Shown: positions 38,281 to 52,704, counted from the first letter of the stretch. The stretch is DNA of 64,000 bases from Vicugna vicugna (GCA_013265495.1 MU058337.1:3440686-3504685), one strand, 5' to 3'. Numbers and translations are program-made. Notes: generated by a model from the letters alone, not told the origin.

Positions 38281-38299
38281 GTGTGTGTGTGTGTGTGTG
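38281..38299. repeat. (GT)n microsatellite
   Basis: Seen directly. Confidence 0.9.
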
Positions 38300-41161
38300 C
38301 ACGCATTTGGTGGGAGATTTCCCACATTAACTAGACCTGCATTGACAATATTTCATTGCTTTTGACATCCAAAATAACAATTTCCTATGATTTAACCGTG
38401 TAGTTTTCTGCGTGATTTGAATTAATCAGATCTAAATCCAGGTTTCTAATGAGAAAGAGTTAGAATAGAGCCTTCAAGCTTCTACAAAATAGCTAAGGGG
38501 AGAATTTAAAAGATTTTTTTTTTTTTTTGGTTCAAAGTAATCTGGGGATCCAAATTGTTCTGATTCTCCTGTATGGTCAGCCAACTGTGTTGGACTTCAC
38601 TCACAGACCTTCTTTCATAGGATATCAAAGATCTTCCGTATTTAATTAAGCCTAATCTGGATGCTTGGTGACTCAAGGAATAATTACTGTATCACAGAAA
38701 GGAAGTTCTGTCAGGTAAGAAGGAAAAAGAAGAAATCCTACCCCCGATGGGTGTGTTGGGGTCCAGTCTGAAATCCCAGTGGGCAAGTTAGAGAGTGGGT
38801 AGAAATAGAAACATACAAATAAACACGCAATGAACAAGAAAGCTTTTCTTGTTTCACCAAGTCTCTGACTGACGTCCCATACAGAGTAGTGTTCAACATG
38901 ATGTCAGTTAATCACACAGCAGAGGGGAGAATTTGCTATGTAGGTGATGAAGAGATCACACTACTACTTGTTCCTGGCATTCAAGAAATCAGGAAGTTTC
39001 TGTGTGCTCTGATAAGGACATACGTTGCTGCTAAGAACCTCACTCCATTGGCAGAGACGTGGGATGGGTTTTCACATGGTCAGCTGCCAGCATCAGTGGC
39101 TCCACGTCACATCAAGAGATGGATGTGTGCATTAATCTTGGCTGATGCTACTACTGAGGCTACCCAAGCCAATATCCAATGGCAAAGACCAGCCAGAAAG
39201 ACACAGCAGTAGGACCACCAGCTCTTGCCTTGTTACCGGGAGGTCTGACCAGATTTCCCCTGCTTCACCTTGAACATGAGAAAATTTAAAAATTTAGCTG
39301 GACTCAGAATGAACTGAAATTTAACCAGGGACTTTTTAAAGAAGATAAAATCAAGATAAATTTAAGGGATAAATCTAAATTTCTTTTCTTCTAAGTAGGT
39401 TAGGGACTTATAAAGAAGATTAAATGACTTCTAGAAAATTAGAAAAATAAATAAATTGGTTTTGTATATCACATTTAAGTGATTAAATTTTTGACCTTGT
39501 CTGCATTATAATTTGTATAAATTTCAGTTAAAGGTTTTAAACAAATGACATTTTCTCTAAGCTTACAATCCTTGGAAGATCACAAGGATAAGATAAAGAT
39601 AGAAAAGTCTCAATTTCTCTTTTTTCTCCCCTTTGTTATTAATCTGTAGTTTATGAGTCAAGCAAGTGAAATGACTCAAGTTAAGACATCATCATAAAGT
39701 AAAAAGCACTTCTTTGTTGGTGGTCAAAAGTTAACTGGTCAAAAGTAGATGAACTGATATTTGGAATTCAAACTAAATTAAGTCACCATCTAAGGACACC
39801 ACCTTGAACCTTTGAAGAGGCAGAAACTCAGTTTGCATATGGTACATACATATTTAAATGATTATCACTCACCAAACCAGAGGGGAACATATATCCCTGC
39901 TGATCATCCCAACCACATCTTAAATCTAAAGCTTGCTTCACTTTATTGTAATAATTCCTCTACACAAAGTTTATCTTTTTCCCTGAATGAAATAAGATGA
40001 GTCCTTTTAAAAAAAAAGTATGAAGGACAAAACTTACTAAAATCATACCAGTGAGTCTCAGAGTCTGATATGTGACAGAATAAATGACCCTAGAAACAAA
40101 AGCTTAATTTACATTAAAAAAATGCCAGCATAGCCAAAGTCGATGCAATGATTACCTTATGCATTATGGTAACATAACTATAATAAACTATCAGGACAAA
40201 ATGATTTACTTAAATATTAACAACCTGCTTATGAGTGACAATGACTGCCCTTAACTTGTTAGGAAATGAGTCCTTAGGAACTCAAAAGTACGTAGAAAAG
40301 GGCTCAAAATTTAGATAAGTGCTTATCACTGCAGTGATTTTTCCTCCATTAGGAACACAACCACTAACCTGACATTCTTATAACTCAGCCGCTAAAATGT
40401 TCTGTCCTGACAACCAGGGCAGTTCTCTCCCGGGACAGTGAAGGAGCTAATCTGTCATAAAATTCATTCCTACATCTTATCATCCATTAGATGATGGAGA
40501 CAGAGTGTAATCTAAGATTACTGTTTGAGTTAAGATTTGAAAAAACAGAAGGGAATGTGCAAATGTCTCCATGAACTATTACAACCATATTGCTATGATT
40601 ATGGGATACAAACAGTGCTGCAGTGGAATTCATTAGATGTTTGTTATTTTTTAACCTGTAATTACTATAGGAAGGATTATATAATGCAGGACATAGATCT
40701 CAATATTAGATTGTCTTTGGGAGAGAATCCGTGAAGGGAAATCCTCTACAAATGCTTCAAAAAAGAAAAAAAAGACTAAGCTGAAGATTGTTGAAATAGC
40801 ATTTGCAAAGACACACAAAGAAGAGTTCTTCCATTTACTAAAAATCTGAGTGAGCCAACCGGCACTATTCAGGTCTAAACTATTCTATGTAGAATCTCCA
40901 ACTCATTACCGAGAATCAGTCAAACATATGTTATGTTTATTATGGACATCTTATTGAAAAAAAATTGCTGATTAAAAGCTGCACATAAGCAAAAGCAAAA
41001 AAGTTTGTACAAACTCATGGAAGCTAGTAAAAGCCATGTTTTCTATTTATTGATTGTTCCCCAAATAGCAAAACAAAACACTCACAGCAAAAAAGATACC
41101 CAATGACAGGCATAACTTTTTTTCCTATGTGGATTATCTTCATTTCTGCTTTTACCATGAA

Positions 41162-41336
41162 TTTTTTAAAACTGAAGTATAGTCAGTTATAATGTGTCAG
41201 TTTCTGGTGCACAGCGTACTGCTTCAGTCACACATCTACATATGCATACTCCTTTTCATATTCTTGTTCGTTAGCGGTTCCTCTAAGATACTGAATATAG
41301 TTCCCTGTGCTATACAGAAGAAACCTGTTGTTTATC
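41162..41336 (-). mobile_element. 5'-truncated artiodactyl/camelid L1 3' end
   Basis: T-tail then AACTGAAGTATAGTCAGTTATAATGTGTC...GAATATAGTTCCCTGTGCTATACAG, with a perfect TSD TACCATGAA at 41153-41161 and 41337-41345. Confidence 0.92.
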
Positions 41337-42899
41337 TACCATGAAATGAAAAAAATCCTTCCAATGCTCATATCAGAGTCCATAGTCCTGCAAATGGCAT
41401 TCAAAAACTAAGATAAGAAGAGCGTAATGCTGATAAGCAGTTGTATGAGGTTGTGTACTCATAGCCTTGACCAGTATGTTTTGTTCATCTAGAACTGAAC
41501 CTACAGTACAAGCTTTTCTTACTCTGCCTTAAACCTATTATCACAAAGAATCTGTCCACAAACCAAATCCTGATGTAGCCAGTATGTCAGTAGTAGCCAG
41601 AGGCCAACAATTGTTTTATAAATCAAAACTATTTGATACTTATTTTCTTTATTACTTTGAAATCTGACTTAAAAGCACACAAAGTATCATACAAGATGAC
41701 TGACTCGAGACTCACCTCTTAGCTTGCAAAGTGAGTGCTGTTTGTCCATAGACTCATAACGTGTCTGCTCTTCATGGTTTCCCAATAAGAAAATAGAAAG
41801 AACTATTTGAGCCACCTGAAGTCTTTACTCCTCCAACTGATTAAATGGTTTGCTTTTCTGACACGTCTCACCTCACATAGGGAAATCAAATATTTTTTTT
41901 TCTGATTGAAATATCTTTCTTTTCTAGGTAATAATTTTGGTAACCTGGACGTATTCAGTCAATGTTCCTACAAGAATGGGATTGTTTGAATTTGTTTGAT
42001 AGATTTGCAAGATTTAATATAACCATCATATACAGGGATCAGGTCAAGTCTTGCTGCTTTTTTCCTTCCTTTTTTTAAAAGCGATTAATCATGTAGTTTA
42101 TGGAATACATTTCAATTCATATCAGCAGCAAAAGAGGTCAAATTCTGGCAGCTGTATAAAACCAGTGAGGTAAACTAGGTCATAAAAAATGAATGCTAAA
42201 GTGTTCACTTCTCTGTCTGCTTTACGACCAGTGACTCTCTTTCCTGCCTTGTCTATTTTATTACCATTTTCTCAGAAAAGTTGTAAGTAATTTTGAAAAC
42301 AAAAACAAGAAGACTCAACTGCCACCTGTAGAGCCTGTGATACAGCAGAATGAGCCAAGTGGCGATATAATTGTGTGCAAGAGAATGAAAATGCCTTTAT
42401 TGACACTCATCTACATTTAGTACCAAACAAAGCTGACAGGATCCATATATTTTTCCGTAATTAATTTTGTACTCCAGTTTCAATTCTTTACAGAGCTCAA
42501 GTAGTTCTAAAATAACGGTAGAAGTAAACGGCTCTTTGAATACTAAATGGTTATTAAAGATACAACAGCACTGCATCTCAGTCTCAAGCCATAACTGACT
42601 TTGAATTATAGAACTTTAAAGCTGGACACTACAGAAGAAGCATCTACAATACAGAGGAAGTAAGTGACTGAGCGTTGTGGCCAGCGACAGTTTGACATCT
42701 AAACAATCTGCAACGTGGAACAGGAACTTTGTGTAACACTTCCATTTCTCGAGGAAATAGCCCTTGTGTTATACTGTATTTCTCTCTCGTGTCTAATGCT
42801 ACTCTTTCCTCATGTTGATCTTTCCCTTCTTTCAAATACTAACGGGGCCGCTCGCAGAACATTCTCGTGTCCTCGCTCTTCCCCAGCTGCTTGCAGTTA

Positions 42900-43225
42900 G
42901 TTGTGTTGATGCGTAACTGTGTGTTGTAATTCTGGCCAACTGGTGATAAATGGACGAGACTATGCATCAGTTCTAAGCCAAAACAGAGAGAGCAGAGCCA
43001 GCCCTCTTGCCCGGCTCTGATGATTTAGGAAGTCATATGATATGGCATCAAAACTGGAAGGCGTCTACATGGCTGAGTCACCTCATGGAAGAGGGCGACC
43101 CTGGGGAGGGACCCAGCTCCTTCCGGACATTCTGGTCATGAACCAGAAATAAATGTGTCACACCTCTGTGGTTTGTTGATTCAATTAACGCTGCAGCACA
43201 GCTCGGGCCATCCGGATTAATTCAC
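42900..43225 (+). mobile_element. Old MaLR LTR (MLT1J/I-like)
   Basis: TTCTGGCCAA...CTGAGTCACCTCATGGAAGAG...AGAAATAAA...CTGCAGCACAGCTCGGGCCATCCGGATTAATTCA resembles the MLT1J body and 3' end. Confidence 0.6.
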
Positions 43226-43679
43226 TCCACAAAGCCTTCCCTCCAGCTTTCCATTCCCTGGAGCTGCTGCTCCACACTCCGCTTCCCTTTCGCCATCAAA
43301 CTTCTCCCTACGGTCGATTAACTCACGGTTTTCAACGTTGACCAAGGCTAATTCCCTTTCATTTCTCAATTTCCTTTCATCAATATATTTATTTTGTTGA
43401 AATTGTTGTTACTCAAACATTATCTCATAATTATGAAGACTATTTCATCCTCTGGATCTTACGAGACCAGTTGACCTAATTAAGCACTTTCTCCCTTAAA
43501 GAGATTTCTAGCCAACCTTCTACTGGTTCTCTTGGTCTCTAAAACCACTCCTTCCCTCTCCTTTCTACGTAAAAGCACAGACCTTTCCACAAAGACCTAC
43601 TGTCAGCTTTCTTGTCCCCCACCTTTTTTATTTTTTACAAAAAATCACATGCTTCTTTTATTTTGTATAAAGCCCCATT

Positions 43680-44000
43680 CTCTTGAATTTCAGATCTACA
43701 TATAGAATAAATTGTGAAAGCTTCAGTTGAGAATTTGGGCATTATCTCAAACTCAGATGTCTAATACTGGCCTCGTGGTTTTCCCCACCACTTTCCTTAT
43801 AGGCCAGTTTTATAGGAACTAATATCTATCCATCATCTAGACTTTAAAACTGGATTTAGTTACACTAACTTCTTCTTCACTGTTGAGCGCCACACTCCGT
43901 CAGCGGTCTACACCCCTTTAGTTCTCCTTCCATACTGCCTGTTACCACGTCAGCTTCTGCTTTCTCCAGTCCCACTTCGCTGAGGCATTGGTGGTAGCTC
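43680..44000 (+). mobile_element. L2 fragment
   Basis: TCTCTTGAATTTCAGATCTACATAT...ATCTCAAACTCAGATGTCTAA.ACTG, typical of the L2 ORF end. Confidence 0.55.
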
Positions 44001-44949
44001 CATTTAGAGGGCAAGAAAATGTGAATGAAGACAGTGAATAAGATTAAAGAGTTGGTGCATTTTAAAACTAGTTGCCATCCTATAAGCTAAGAAAAAAGTA
44101 TGTCTAAAAACTGACTTTATCAGAAGGAAACTATGGCCTTCACTAGTGTCCGTGGGTTTGCACACTTTTATTTTAATAGAGTTCATGCTCCACTTTGCTG
44201 AATATACTTCTTGTTTCATGCAAGGCCACTTACCCAGGGCTCCAATAGTCTTTCCAGCTCGTTCAACCCTCTCTCCGTGGTGGAAAAAGAGGAAGCTTGA
44301 GTCTACTCTTCATACGACCAGCTGCTGGTGTTCTAATCCAAATAGAAGGGTTTGGTCTACACTGTTTAACTCACTGAATTACGGAATCAACACCCTTGTT
44401 TTTCTTTTTATGCCACTATTTTCAGAGCTTCATCATCTCTTATATACACTAAATAATAATTCTTTAACTTCATACCTTGCCCGATCCAAATTTTATCCTG
44501 ATGGCTACAGTAGTTTTGGGAGGTTATGACCATACCCCTCTTCTGATCCACACCACTACTTAGACCCTTATTATAATACCTAGTTTTTAATATAAAACCC
44601 AAGGGGCTTTATAATTAGGCTCAAACCTAAGTACTCAATTATATAAATTACATATACATTCTTTGCATCAGTTTACATATACAAGTAGGGTGCCTAGACT
44701 GAATTTATTATAAAAAAAAAATGGGTCATGGAGCATAGGGATAACAAACATGGGTCAAATGTATCTGTCCCTGGAGAACTGGGATGTATGGCCAACCTGA
44801 CACAGAATTTTCATCTTGCTCTGTAATTTTCTACTTGTGCACGATTGATCCCTCCTCCCTGGAGTGATCCCTCTTGGAGCACTGGTCACAGTTAATTCTA
44901 GCATATATGTAACTTCCCTCATGCTCTTTCACCCTCCAAGCATGAAGTG

Positions 44950-45430
44950 AATTATTTAGACAGTTTTAGGTTGTAAGTGACAGGATCCCAACGCAAATCA
45001 GCTCATTGGGAAGTCCCGGGGTGAACTGAGACTCAGGTCTGAGTGGACAGAACTGTGGGCCCCCCCCAACTGAGCTCCGACCTCTTTCCCTTAAACCACA
45101 GCTGGTGTCCCACACAGCACGCGGAGGAGGGACGTGGTTCCAGGAGGTAACAGCTTATGGTTTCACAAACAGAAACCCAGGAGGAAACAGAGAGGATCCT
45201 TCTCCCAACACATGTGCAAGAAGCTGCAAGGAAGGGGTTTTACTGACTCGGCTTTGGCCTTCTGGCCGTTTCTGGGCTAACTATGGTGCTTGGAGGCCTC
45301 CGTCACATTTCCACCCTTCCAGGTGGAAGGACAGGGGACCAGGTAATTGGTTTCCACCATAACCACCACCCACCATCAAGGAAGGCTTTCGCCAGAAAAT
45401 GGGAACAGGATTTTAGACAAAGCAAAAAGT
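44950..45430 (-). mobile_element. MLT1K-like MaLR LTR
   Basis: GGTTGTAAGTGACAGGATCCCAACGCAAA...GAAGTCCCGGGG resembles the reverse complement of the MLT1K 3' end. Confidence 0.55.
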
Positions 45431-47481
45431 CACTGGAATAAACAGTTATGTAGTGAAAACAAATCCTTATGACTGGATATATGTGTTTGCAAATTCCCTC
45501 TACGACTTGCCGGCTACCTCTCCAAGTTTATCTACAAGATGTGTTGCTTGAGACATGAGATAATTTCTTTCAACAACTCAGAGTTTAAGCAGCGTTGTTA
45601 TTAGTGGCATCAGTGTCACCGCTCCTTTCCCTCTTGATGTGTCATTGATCATGTGGTGCTTTTTCTTATTTCTTTCATTGCTCTATAAGCTTCTTACCCC
45701 CATCATAGCTAGCATGACCCCCTGCTCTAATTAGGCACTTGCTGCATAACCCTTGAGTGGGTTTTGCCTTTTTGTGTACCATGCATTGCTCATGGCCATC
45801 TTTGTCCTTGAAAATGGCCAGCTCAGATGAAAGCACGATGTCCACCACGTTGTGGCCGATCCAATGACCAATCCGTCCTCCCTTCAATGGAACCCCTGTC
45901 AGAATAACCATCAGCTACGTTTACATAGGATACAGCCCTTCAGCATCCCCTGGCGTGTACCTGCACCCTCTCTGGACGACATTCCCGTGCCTCCGAGAGT
46001 AAGAAAGAGCTTTACAGTAAGATCATCACAGTCTAAGGTCATTTCGGTTAAAAAAAATTAACCAGTGTGCGCTTACATTTTTACTTAAGGAAAAACTTTC
46101 CTAATTTCCAAATTTCTACAGCCTCCTCCTTTCCATTCCCACCATCATAAAGCTGCTAACACTCTTCTAATTTTGATTTGTTTAAAGGAAAAAAAGGGGT
46201 GAAGAGTTCATGCCGTCATTTTTATATGCCACAAATAAAACCACTCTGCTGCTTTTTCGGCACATGCAGAAGTATGAAAAGCCTCTCCCATTCCTGACAG
46301 AACTGTCACTGTTTACCGTGAGCACTGTCATAGCTGTGTGCCTTGTCACTCTGTACAGCGGGGCAGGGGCTGGCACCGTGCCTGGTGCTGATTCGCAGAA
46401 GGGAAGCCTCCTGTCCTACTTCCCAGGATAATTCCTGGGGCAAGTGTGCTCCCTAGTGTTAAGAGAGGCTTAATGGCTGGAGGGTTCCAGCTGACCAGAC
46501 CGACAGAAGGTGGCTGTGCGTTTCTCGACACTCTGTACGTCCACCTTGTGCAACCATCAGGTTGTCCGTCCTTCTAACCAGCTGGGGGGGCAGATCTGAT
46601 GTTCCACTGCAACAAAACATATAAACAGAATTTTTACATGCTTACGAGAAACCCTCTGAATGTGAGATCTTTTTTGCTGTTTTCCAGTGGGTTGACATCT
46701 TGGTGGAAAACATCAATAATTATTGCATTTATAAACGTACAAATCCCAATGCATTCTCCTCCTTCCTTCCCTGCTTTAAAATTGTATCCACAGTGTAGGA
46801 GTAAAAACCTCTCTTTTCTGGTTTTTTTTTTTTATATAGAAAATCAATGTTTCTCTTTTGTTGAATTGCATCTCTGTAAGTAATTTATTTTACTTATATG
46901 AAAATGAAAGTGGTAATAATTTATAAAGAAATTAGTCACTAAGAGGCAAAAGTGAAGTATATACACCACCATTATTCTAATTAAAAGCTATTTAATTCAA
47001 AGGATTCATTGAAAGATTTATTTTGCTGGAATAATTGCAGATTATAGCTCCTCGGAGTTAATTTTTATCTTATTTTTTAGGAAGAAATCCACTTTAATGT
47101 TTTGGATTATTTTCAACATTATTTTTAATAAATATGCTGGAATTATTTATTTCTCCACGCACCTGAACAGATGCATTTTGTTTGCAGAGTTTGATGATGA
47201 AGATCCTATTCAACAACAGCTCAAACATTTACTTCTACATTTCAGCATTGTACTGTTAGCGTTGGCACTTAAAAAACAAAATAAAACTTAAAACAACCTT
47301 AATAAAAAGGCCAAGAATATTTCTTAAAGTCTTTGGTATTAGATTGTTACGTATTTTAATGATTTAATTGTTTTTTTTAAAAAGTCAGTGTAATAAGCAT
47401 CACCATTCCCCAAGGTGTTTTAACAAATATGTTTCTGCCAGGACATGCACTATAATTTAATTTAGGGTATAGGGGCATTAT

Positions 47482-47677
47482 AGGGGGAGGGGATTAAGAG
47501 ATACAAACTATTAGGTATACAATAAGCTACGAGGGATATTATGCAAAACCTGGAACATAGCAAATATTTTATAATAACTACAAATGGAGTGTAACTTTTA
47601 AAAATTGTGAATCACTATACTCTACACCTGTAACTTACATGATATTGTATATCAGCTGTACTTAAAGCAAAGAAAAG
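47482..47677 (+). mobile_element. L1 3' end (L1MA9/laurasiatherian type)
   Basis: GATTAAGAGATACAAACTATTAGGTATA.AATAAGCTAC...AAAAATTGTGAATCACTATA...TACACCTGTAACTTA...ATTGTATATCA. Confidence 0.85.
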
Positions 47678-48809
47678 GAATGGAATCAATAAAATGTTGT
47701 AGTTTGGAGAGCTAATTCCATGACAACTTTGCTTCTCAATTAAAGAATCACAGGACTTAGACAGATGGAGATTAAATATGACCTTTATCACCCCAAAAGT
47801 CTGTGTTGGAGAAGGTGACTTTTCTAATAACCACTCAAGAATTAGGTATTCCCCTCCCAACAGGCATAGTTAAGAAAACACACACTGAATGCCCTCTGCA
47901 GGTAAGCACACACCAGAGAGGTGAAGAAAAGAGCCACTCAGCCAGGCAGCTCAGCGTCCCTCTCCAAAATTCACTAATGGACCATCACATCTCTCCCTTG
48001 AGAAGAAACACCGTGAGGAACAGCAGAAGAAAGTCAGGGAGGATTTCGCTCTAATGGACTTCTCTCCTTATTATAGAAAAGAAGGCTGGCCTCTCCCCTA
48101 TCCTCAGCAACCAAAAGCACCATTTCCAAGCTGAAACAGAAATAACTTGGATTTCTTGAAATGACTACACCTTTCCTTTAAAGCTGGTTAGAGATATTAC
48201 ATCACAAACAATTTTTGGTGTAAAAATATTACACAGATAATCTTGGAAATTATTTCAAATCTATAACAAAGCCAGATATGATGTATACTTGCCAAATATA
48301 CTGTTCTAAAGCAAATTAATCACTTGAATGTTAGAGAGCTTCTTTGAGTCTGATAGTTTTACTAAATTCCAGCAAAATTCAAATGGCATATTGTGAGTTA
48401 AACAGAATTTCTTTATTTTTTTTTTGCCCTCAACTTAATTTATTTTTAAAAATATACAGTATTTAATATTTAGGTTAATGCTTTTCCAAGAAATGTAATG
48501 AAACTAGTATTTTCATTTGCATTAAGTATCTACAATCTCATATAAAAATATTCTATGATTTCCTTTTACTCTGTCCAATATTTCAAATGCATTACAAGTT
48601 AGCTGTAGGTATTAAATCACATTAAAATCTGCATAATGACATCAAAATTCAGTCTGCATGTTCATATCATATCCATGTGATACCATGGGAGACTCCTGTC
48701 AAGAGTGAGGCTGAAACTGTTTAAACATTTCCTGTTTGGGAAAGAGAGCTCTTGGAACTAGGGAAGAGTCTGTGCTTACCGATGAGCACCAACAGCCCCC
48801 GCTGTAAGG

Positions 48810-49590
48810 GAGAGACAGCGTGTGGATCATGAACGAGGCTGAATATGTCACTTTCCAAATTTGAAATGATACAAAACCAGGAGGAGTAGGCAATACAACA
48901 GTTGATGACAAGATTGAGATTCAGGTTATCTCAAAAGACCGGAATGTTGGATGAATACCAAGAATATGAAATTTGATAAGCTGAATCTCCAGCCATGCCT
49001 TGGGCTTAAAATAAGAGAAAAAGAAATGCAAAGTGGTGCAGAGTGCAGACAGTAGTCCATGGTTATAAGATCTGACTTGGCCTCAACTCAGCAACAATGC
49101 CAAGAGGCTGCTAAGAAGAAAAGCATTTGTTACATTAGAAGAAACTGAGTTTATAGAACTGTGGAAAGCAGAGACCTCATTTTGGAATGTTATGTATACA
49201 TATCTGAAATACTAGGCTTGATACGTGAACAGGAGGTTGGTGGGCAGAGACAGAATTTTATGGTGAAACACCTGAAACCATTGTATTGTTAACTTGGAAA
49301 AAACAAATATTTTTGAAGAAGAAAACATGATGACTAATTTCAAGTATTTAATGGCTGCCCTGCAGAAGCATAAAGGACTATCTTTGTCCTCATATTTCAA
49401 AGAAGACTAAAAACTAGTAATCAAATTAGAGAAACATTTCAGTACTGATGACATAATAAATGCACAATTAACAATGTTGAATGAATTAATGACCACACAG
49501 AGAACTGTGTTACACATCAGTGTATGAAGCAATGGGACAGCCTTCCTAATGAGCAAGTGAGGTTTCATTCACAGAGGGCATTCAAGTGTA
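48810..49590 (+). mobile_element. L3/CR1 LINE remnant (RT motif and 3' piece)
   Basis: CAAATTTGAAATGATACAAAACCAGGAGGAGTAGGCAATAC is a decayed KFADDTKLGG.ANT, followed by ATGAAATTT. CAATGGGACAGCCTTCC...GCATTCAAG at ~49530-49590 resembles the L3 3' region. Confidence 0.7.
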
Positions 49591-49788
49591 ACATTATTAA
49601 CGTTTCAGATTTTGTCAATTTGGTCAACAGTTTACTCCAATATCCTTCTTTATTTCTTCTGATTCTATTCACTTCTATAATTATTTCATTTTTCACAAAA
49701 AATGAGCTCTATATAAATCCATGTTTTTTCTTTTTCTCGAAGAGTCTTAGGAAACATGATTAAAATGGAGAAAATGTTAATTTAAAAA

Positions 49789-49910
49789 GGGGTGGGGGGT
49801 AGAGCTCAGTGGTAGACTGCATGCTTACTCCTGGGTTCACTCTCCAGTATCTCCATTAAAATAAATGATAAATAAATTAATAAACCTAATTACCTTCCTC
49901 CCCCCCCCAA
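49789..49910 (+). mobile_element. tRNA-Ala-derived camelid SINE (long-tail variant, internal deletion)
   Basis: GGGGTGGGGGGTAGAGCTCAGTGGTAGACTGCATGCTTA^CTCCTGGGTTCACTCTCCAGTATCTCCATTAAA, then an AATA tract and AAACCTAATTACC. Lacks ~12 nt of the anticodon/variable region relative to the 63441 copy. Confidence 0.85.
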
Positions 49911-51689
49911 TTTTTTTTAAATAGAGAAAATAAGTAACTCTCCAATAAAAGATTCTTAGTGACTAGTAATTTTCCAAGAGCCAAGATCAATTATTTAGAA
50001 ATCTAGTCATCCTTATTATAAAATATTCACAGTCAAAGAGATGTTCCCCTATCATTTACCCACCACACTGTGCCCTAGCAGGGGAAGGGTACATCTCACA
50101 TGGAAGGTTCCTGATTTTGTGTGTGTGACAGTCTGTATGGGCAACATCATTAAAATTTCAACCAATGTTACTTAGTATTCGCCAAAGTCTCATTTGCTGC
50201 CTATCTTTAAAATGTGCCTTCTCTTTTCCTGGTCCCGTGTTCTGCTAGTACAGAAGTTACGAGGCCAAATATCCATTTCTCCCTTCATTGAGAGAATGAA
50301 TTCTCTCCACCTTTGGTAAAAATACACAGAGACATCAGCAAGCGAATAAGAGGTTAAAGTTAGAAAGACAAAGAGTCTGTTTATAAAGCTAGGGTAAAAT
50401 CCTTTAAGTTTTCTTCACTGTTAACAGTCAACTATGCATAATGGACCGTCTCTGCCCTGGCCCTAATTGGCCATTTAGATGGCTTAAACCATTGATTTGA
50501 GTGGGCTAAGTTTGATGGGTTTTTCTGGACATCCTGAAATTGCCTAAGGTGAAAGGGGCTCAGGTATACATAATTTATGAATTGATTATCATACTATCCA
50601 GATAAACTTATATGGCCTCCAGGCTATTTAGGTGTTACCATATAAAGTGTACCTCATTTAAATGCATCAACTTTCTCTTTCTAGGTGCATGGTTTTCCAT
50701 CCTGCATGAAATATTTTAAAGTGATAATAATGAAATAAAGGAAGCAAAATGGACAGTCATAAGGAAATAATAATATGCTGAATTTTCATGTCAAAATAAT
50801 TTTTCTTAATTTTTATATTAAAAAGACAAATGTCTCCTAAAAGTGGTTAAAATAAATCAATGCTCTTTCTAAAATAAAAAATCACTTCAAGAATAATGAT
50901 TCATTTAATTTGATGAAATTTTTCCTTGATAAAACAAATGATTAACACAAAAAAAGAGAATATATTTACACTGAGAAACAGACATAAAATTAACACTAAA
51001 ATTATTTTGCTTTGAGGAAAATTTAGTAATTGAAGTGAAATCTAATTCCAACAGGGGAAGAGAAAAGAAATCACTTTTTATTCTCGTCCCAATTTCTTCG
51101 TGTGCCAGTGCTGACACAAGTATTTTGTTGTGTTCTTCTGAATGTCAAAGAGTAGACAGTCTTGGAAATGTGAAGCAGTCACTAGGCTGTTTGTGTCTGC
51201 AGCCTGCACTATGGGACTGACATCAGCAAGAAGTTTCTAAACCACAGGAAAGCCACGCTCAGAGGCCAACTCCATTCACGTGCTAGTGCCTAGAATGTCT
51301 GTTGGAAGAGTCTCAGACGGCCTGAAAAACTTCCAAAGAAAGAGGAAAAAGAACCAAGGCCTATAAAATCCAGAATTTGCAATTTCCATAATGACAGAGG
51401 AATTCATAAATGCTACAATGAAAGGCTAATGAAAGAATTTTGACTCATCTCGAAATTTCTTATTCCTCTCATTTTTATTTTTAAATTTTTCAGGGCAGTC
51501 TTATCACTCTGTTTATGAAGTTGATGTCAAAACTCTGTGTAGAGCAAAATCGATTAATATCAGTAAAGGAAAAAATGTGGTCATGTGGTCTAGGAGGACG
51601 ATTTTTTTAAAGAAGAGACATATATTAACACAAGGGTTTCATCAAAAATTTAATTACCTGTACTGTTCACTCTACTAAGGGGAGCTCTT

Positions 51690-52180
51690 CGTGGCTGACA
51701 TGTGAGGTAACAGTTAGCTAACATCTTCCTTTCTAAGAGAACCCTGTTTTTGTTCTAGATGGTCACATAACATACCTCCTCCCAGACTTGCTTAGCTTAG
51801 GGATAACCATGTGACCCAGTTCTGGCCAATGGGATGTAAGTGCAGTTTAACAAGGTGGGGTCACTGCAACATTGCTTTTTGTGAAAAAAAAAATACTCAG
51901 TGGACATATGCCTTTAGTTTTTTGTTCTTTCCCTTTTTTATTACTTGTGATGCTGACAGAAAACTGGAGATGGGAAGGCCGTGGGGCCAACATGGGGACA
52001 AAATAGCCATGAACAGCCATAGAGAAGAAGTTGGAGGTGGACGTGAGAAGGACCCGGCCCGCTGTCATCTCTGGGTAAGCATTCTTCCTCCTTCGTGGTG
52101 CCCAAGGAGGTGGCGAGAACCCTGCCCGGCTCAGCCACAATCCCTGAAGATGTCAGCTTTTCTGAATAATAGTAACTAGG
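51690..52180 (+). mobile_element. LTR33-like ERVL solo LTR
   Basis: AGAACCCTGTTTTTGTTC...CCATGTGACCCAGTTCTGGCCAATGGGATGTAAG matches the LTR33 core. Confidence 0.7.
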
Positions 52181-52480
52181 CTGTTTTAATTATTTTACTT
52201 TTGATATGAATACTTAGCTAATTTGAGCTTGGGAGAGATAACGTGTTTCTAGAAGGTGAGAATTCTCAGGAAAGAGCTGAGAGGAGGTACCATAAAATAA
52301 CAGCACTTGCTTCAGAAAAAATAAAACTGTCCTTGGAGATGTATATGAAATACAGGCAATTTGACAGTTACTGCTTGGAAGTGTTCAAAAAGGTGAAGAT
52401 TATTGGATAACATACTAAAACTCATGATAAACCCAAGGAATGGAAGAAAGTTAAAGCAAAGGAAAGGAAGAGAAAAGTAA

Positions 52481-52670
52481 TTAGAAAAAAAGTGAACAAA
52501 TGAACTTGCCCAAATTAGAAGGTTCTGTTGGGTATTACAACTTATTTTTTTTTTAATTTTACCAATAAATTGAAGTATTTATGGAAATAAATAAAATGTG
52601 CAGAACTCCAAGTAACATTTCAGGCATACACAGTGCAAGGACCATGTGTGTAGTTACAACAAGCATAGGG
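52481..52670 (+). repeat. Source copy of ~180 bp duplication (paralog 54241-54412)
   Basis: GAACAAATG.ACTTGCCCAAATTAGAA...TTAATTTTACCAATAAAT.GAAGTATTTATGGAAAT is shared with 54241-54412. Confidence 0.95.
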
Positions 52671-52704
52671 GCAGCTTTATTTACAATTTTTTTAATTAAT
52701 GAAT

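Noticed and set aside
39060..39200. Possible ERVL/MaLR internal (integrase) remnant
   Set aside because: Similarity is too faint to call by eye.
47163..47267. Minus-strand exon candidate (TTTTTTAAG|...CAG|GTGCGT) and + strand acceptor reading EFDDEDPIQQQL...
   Set aside because: The minus candidate has a weak AAG acceptor and stops in all frames; the + peptide is not recognised; such sites occur by chance in 64 kb.
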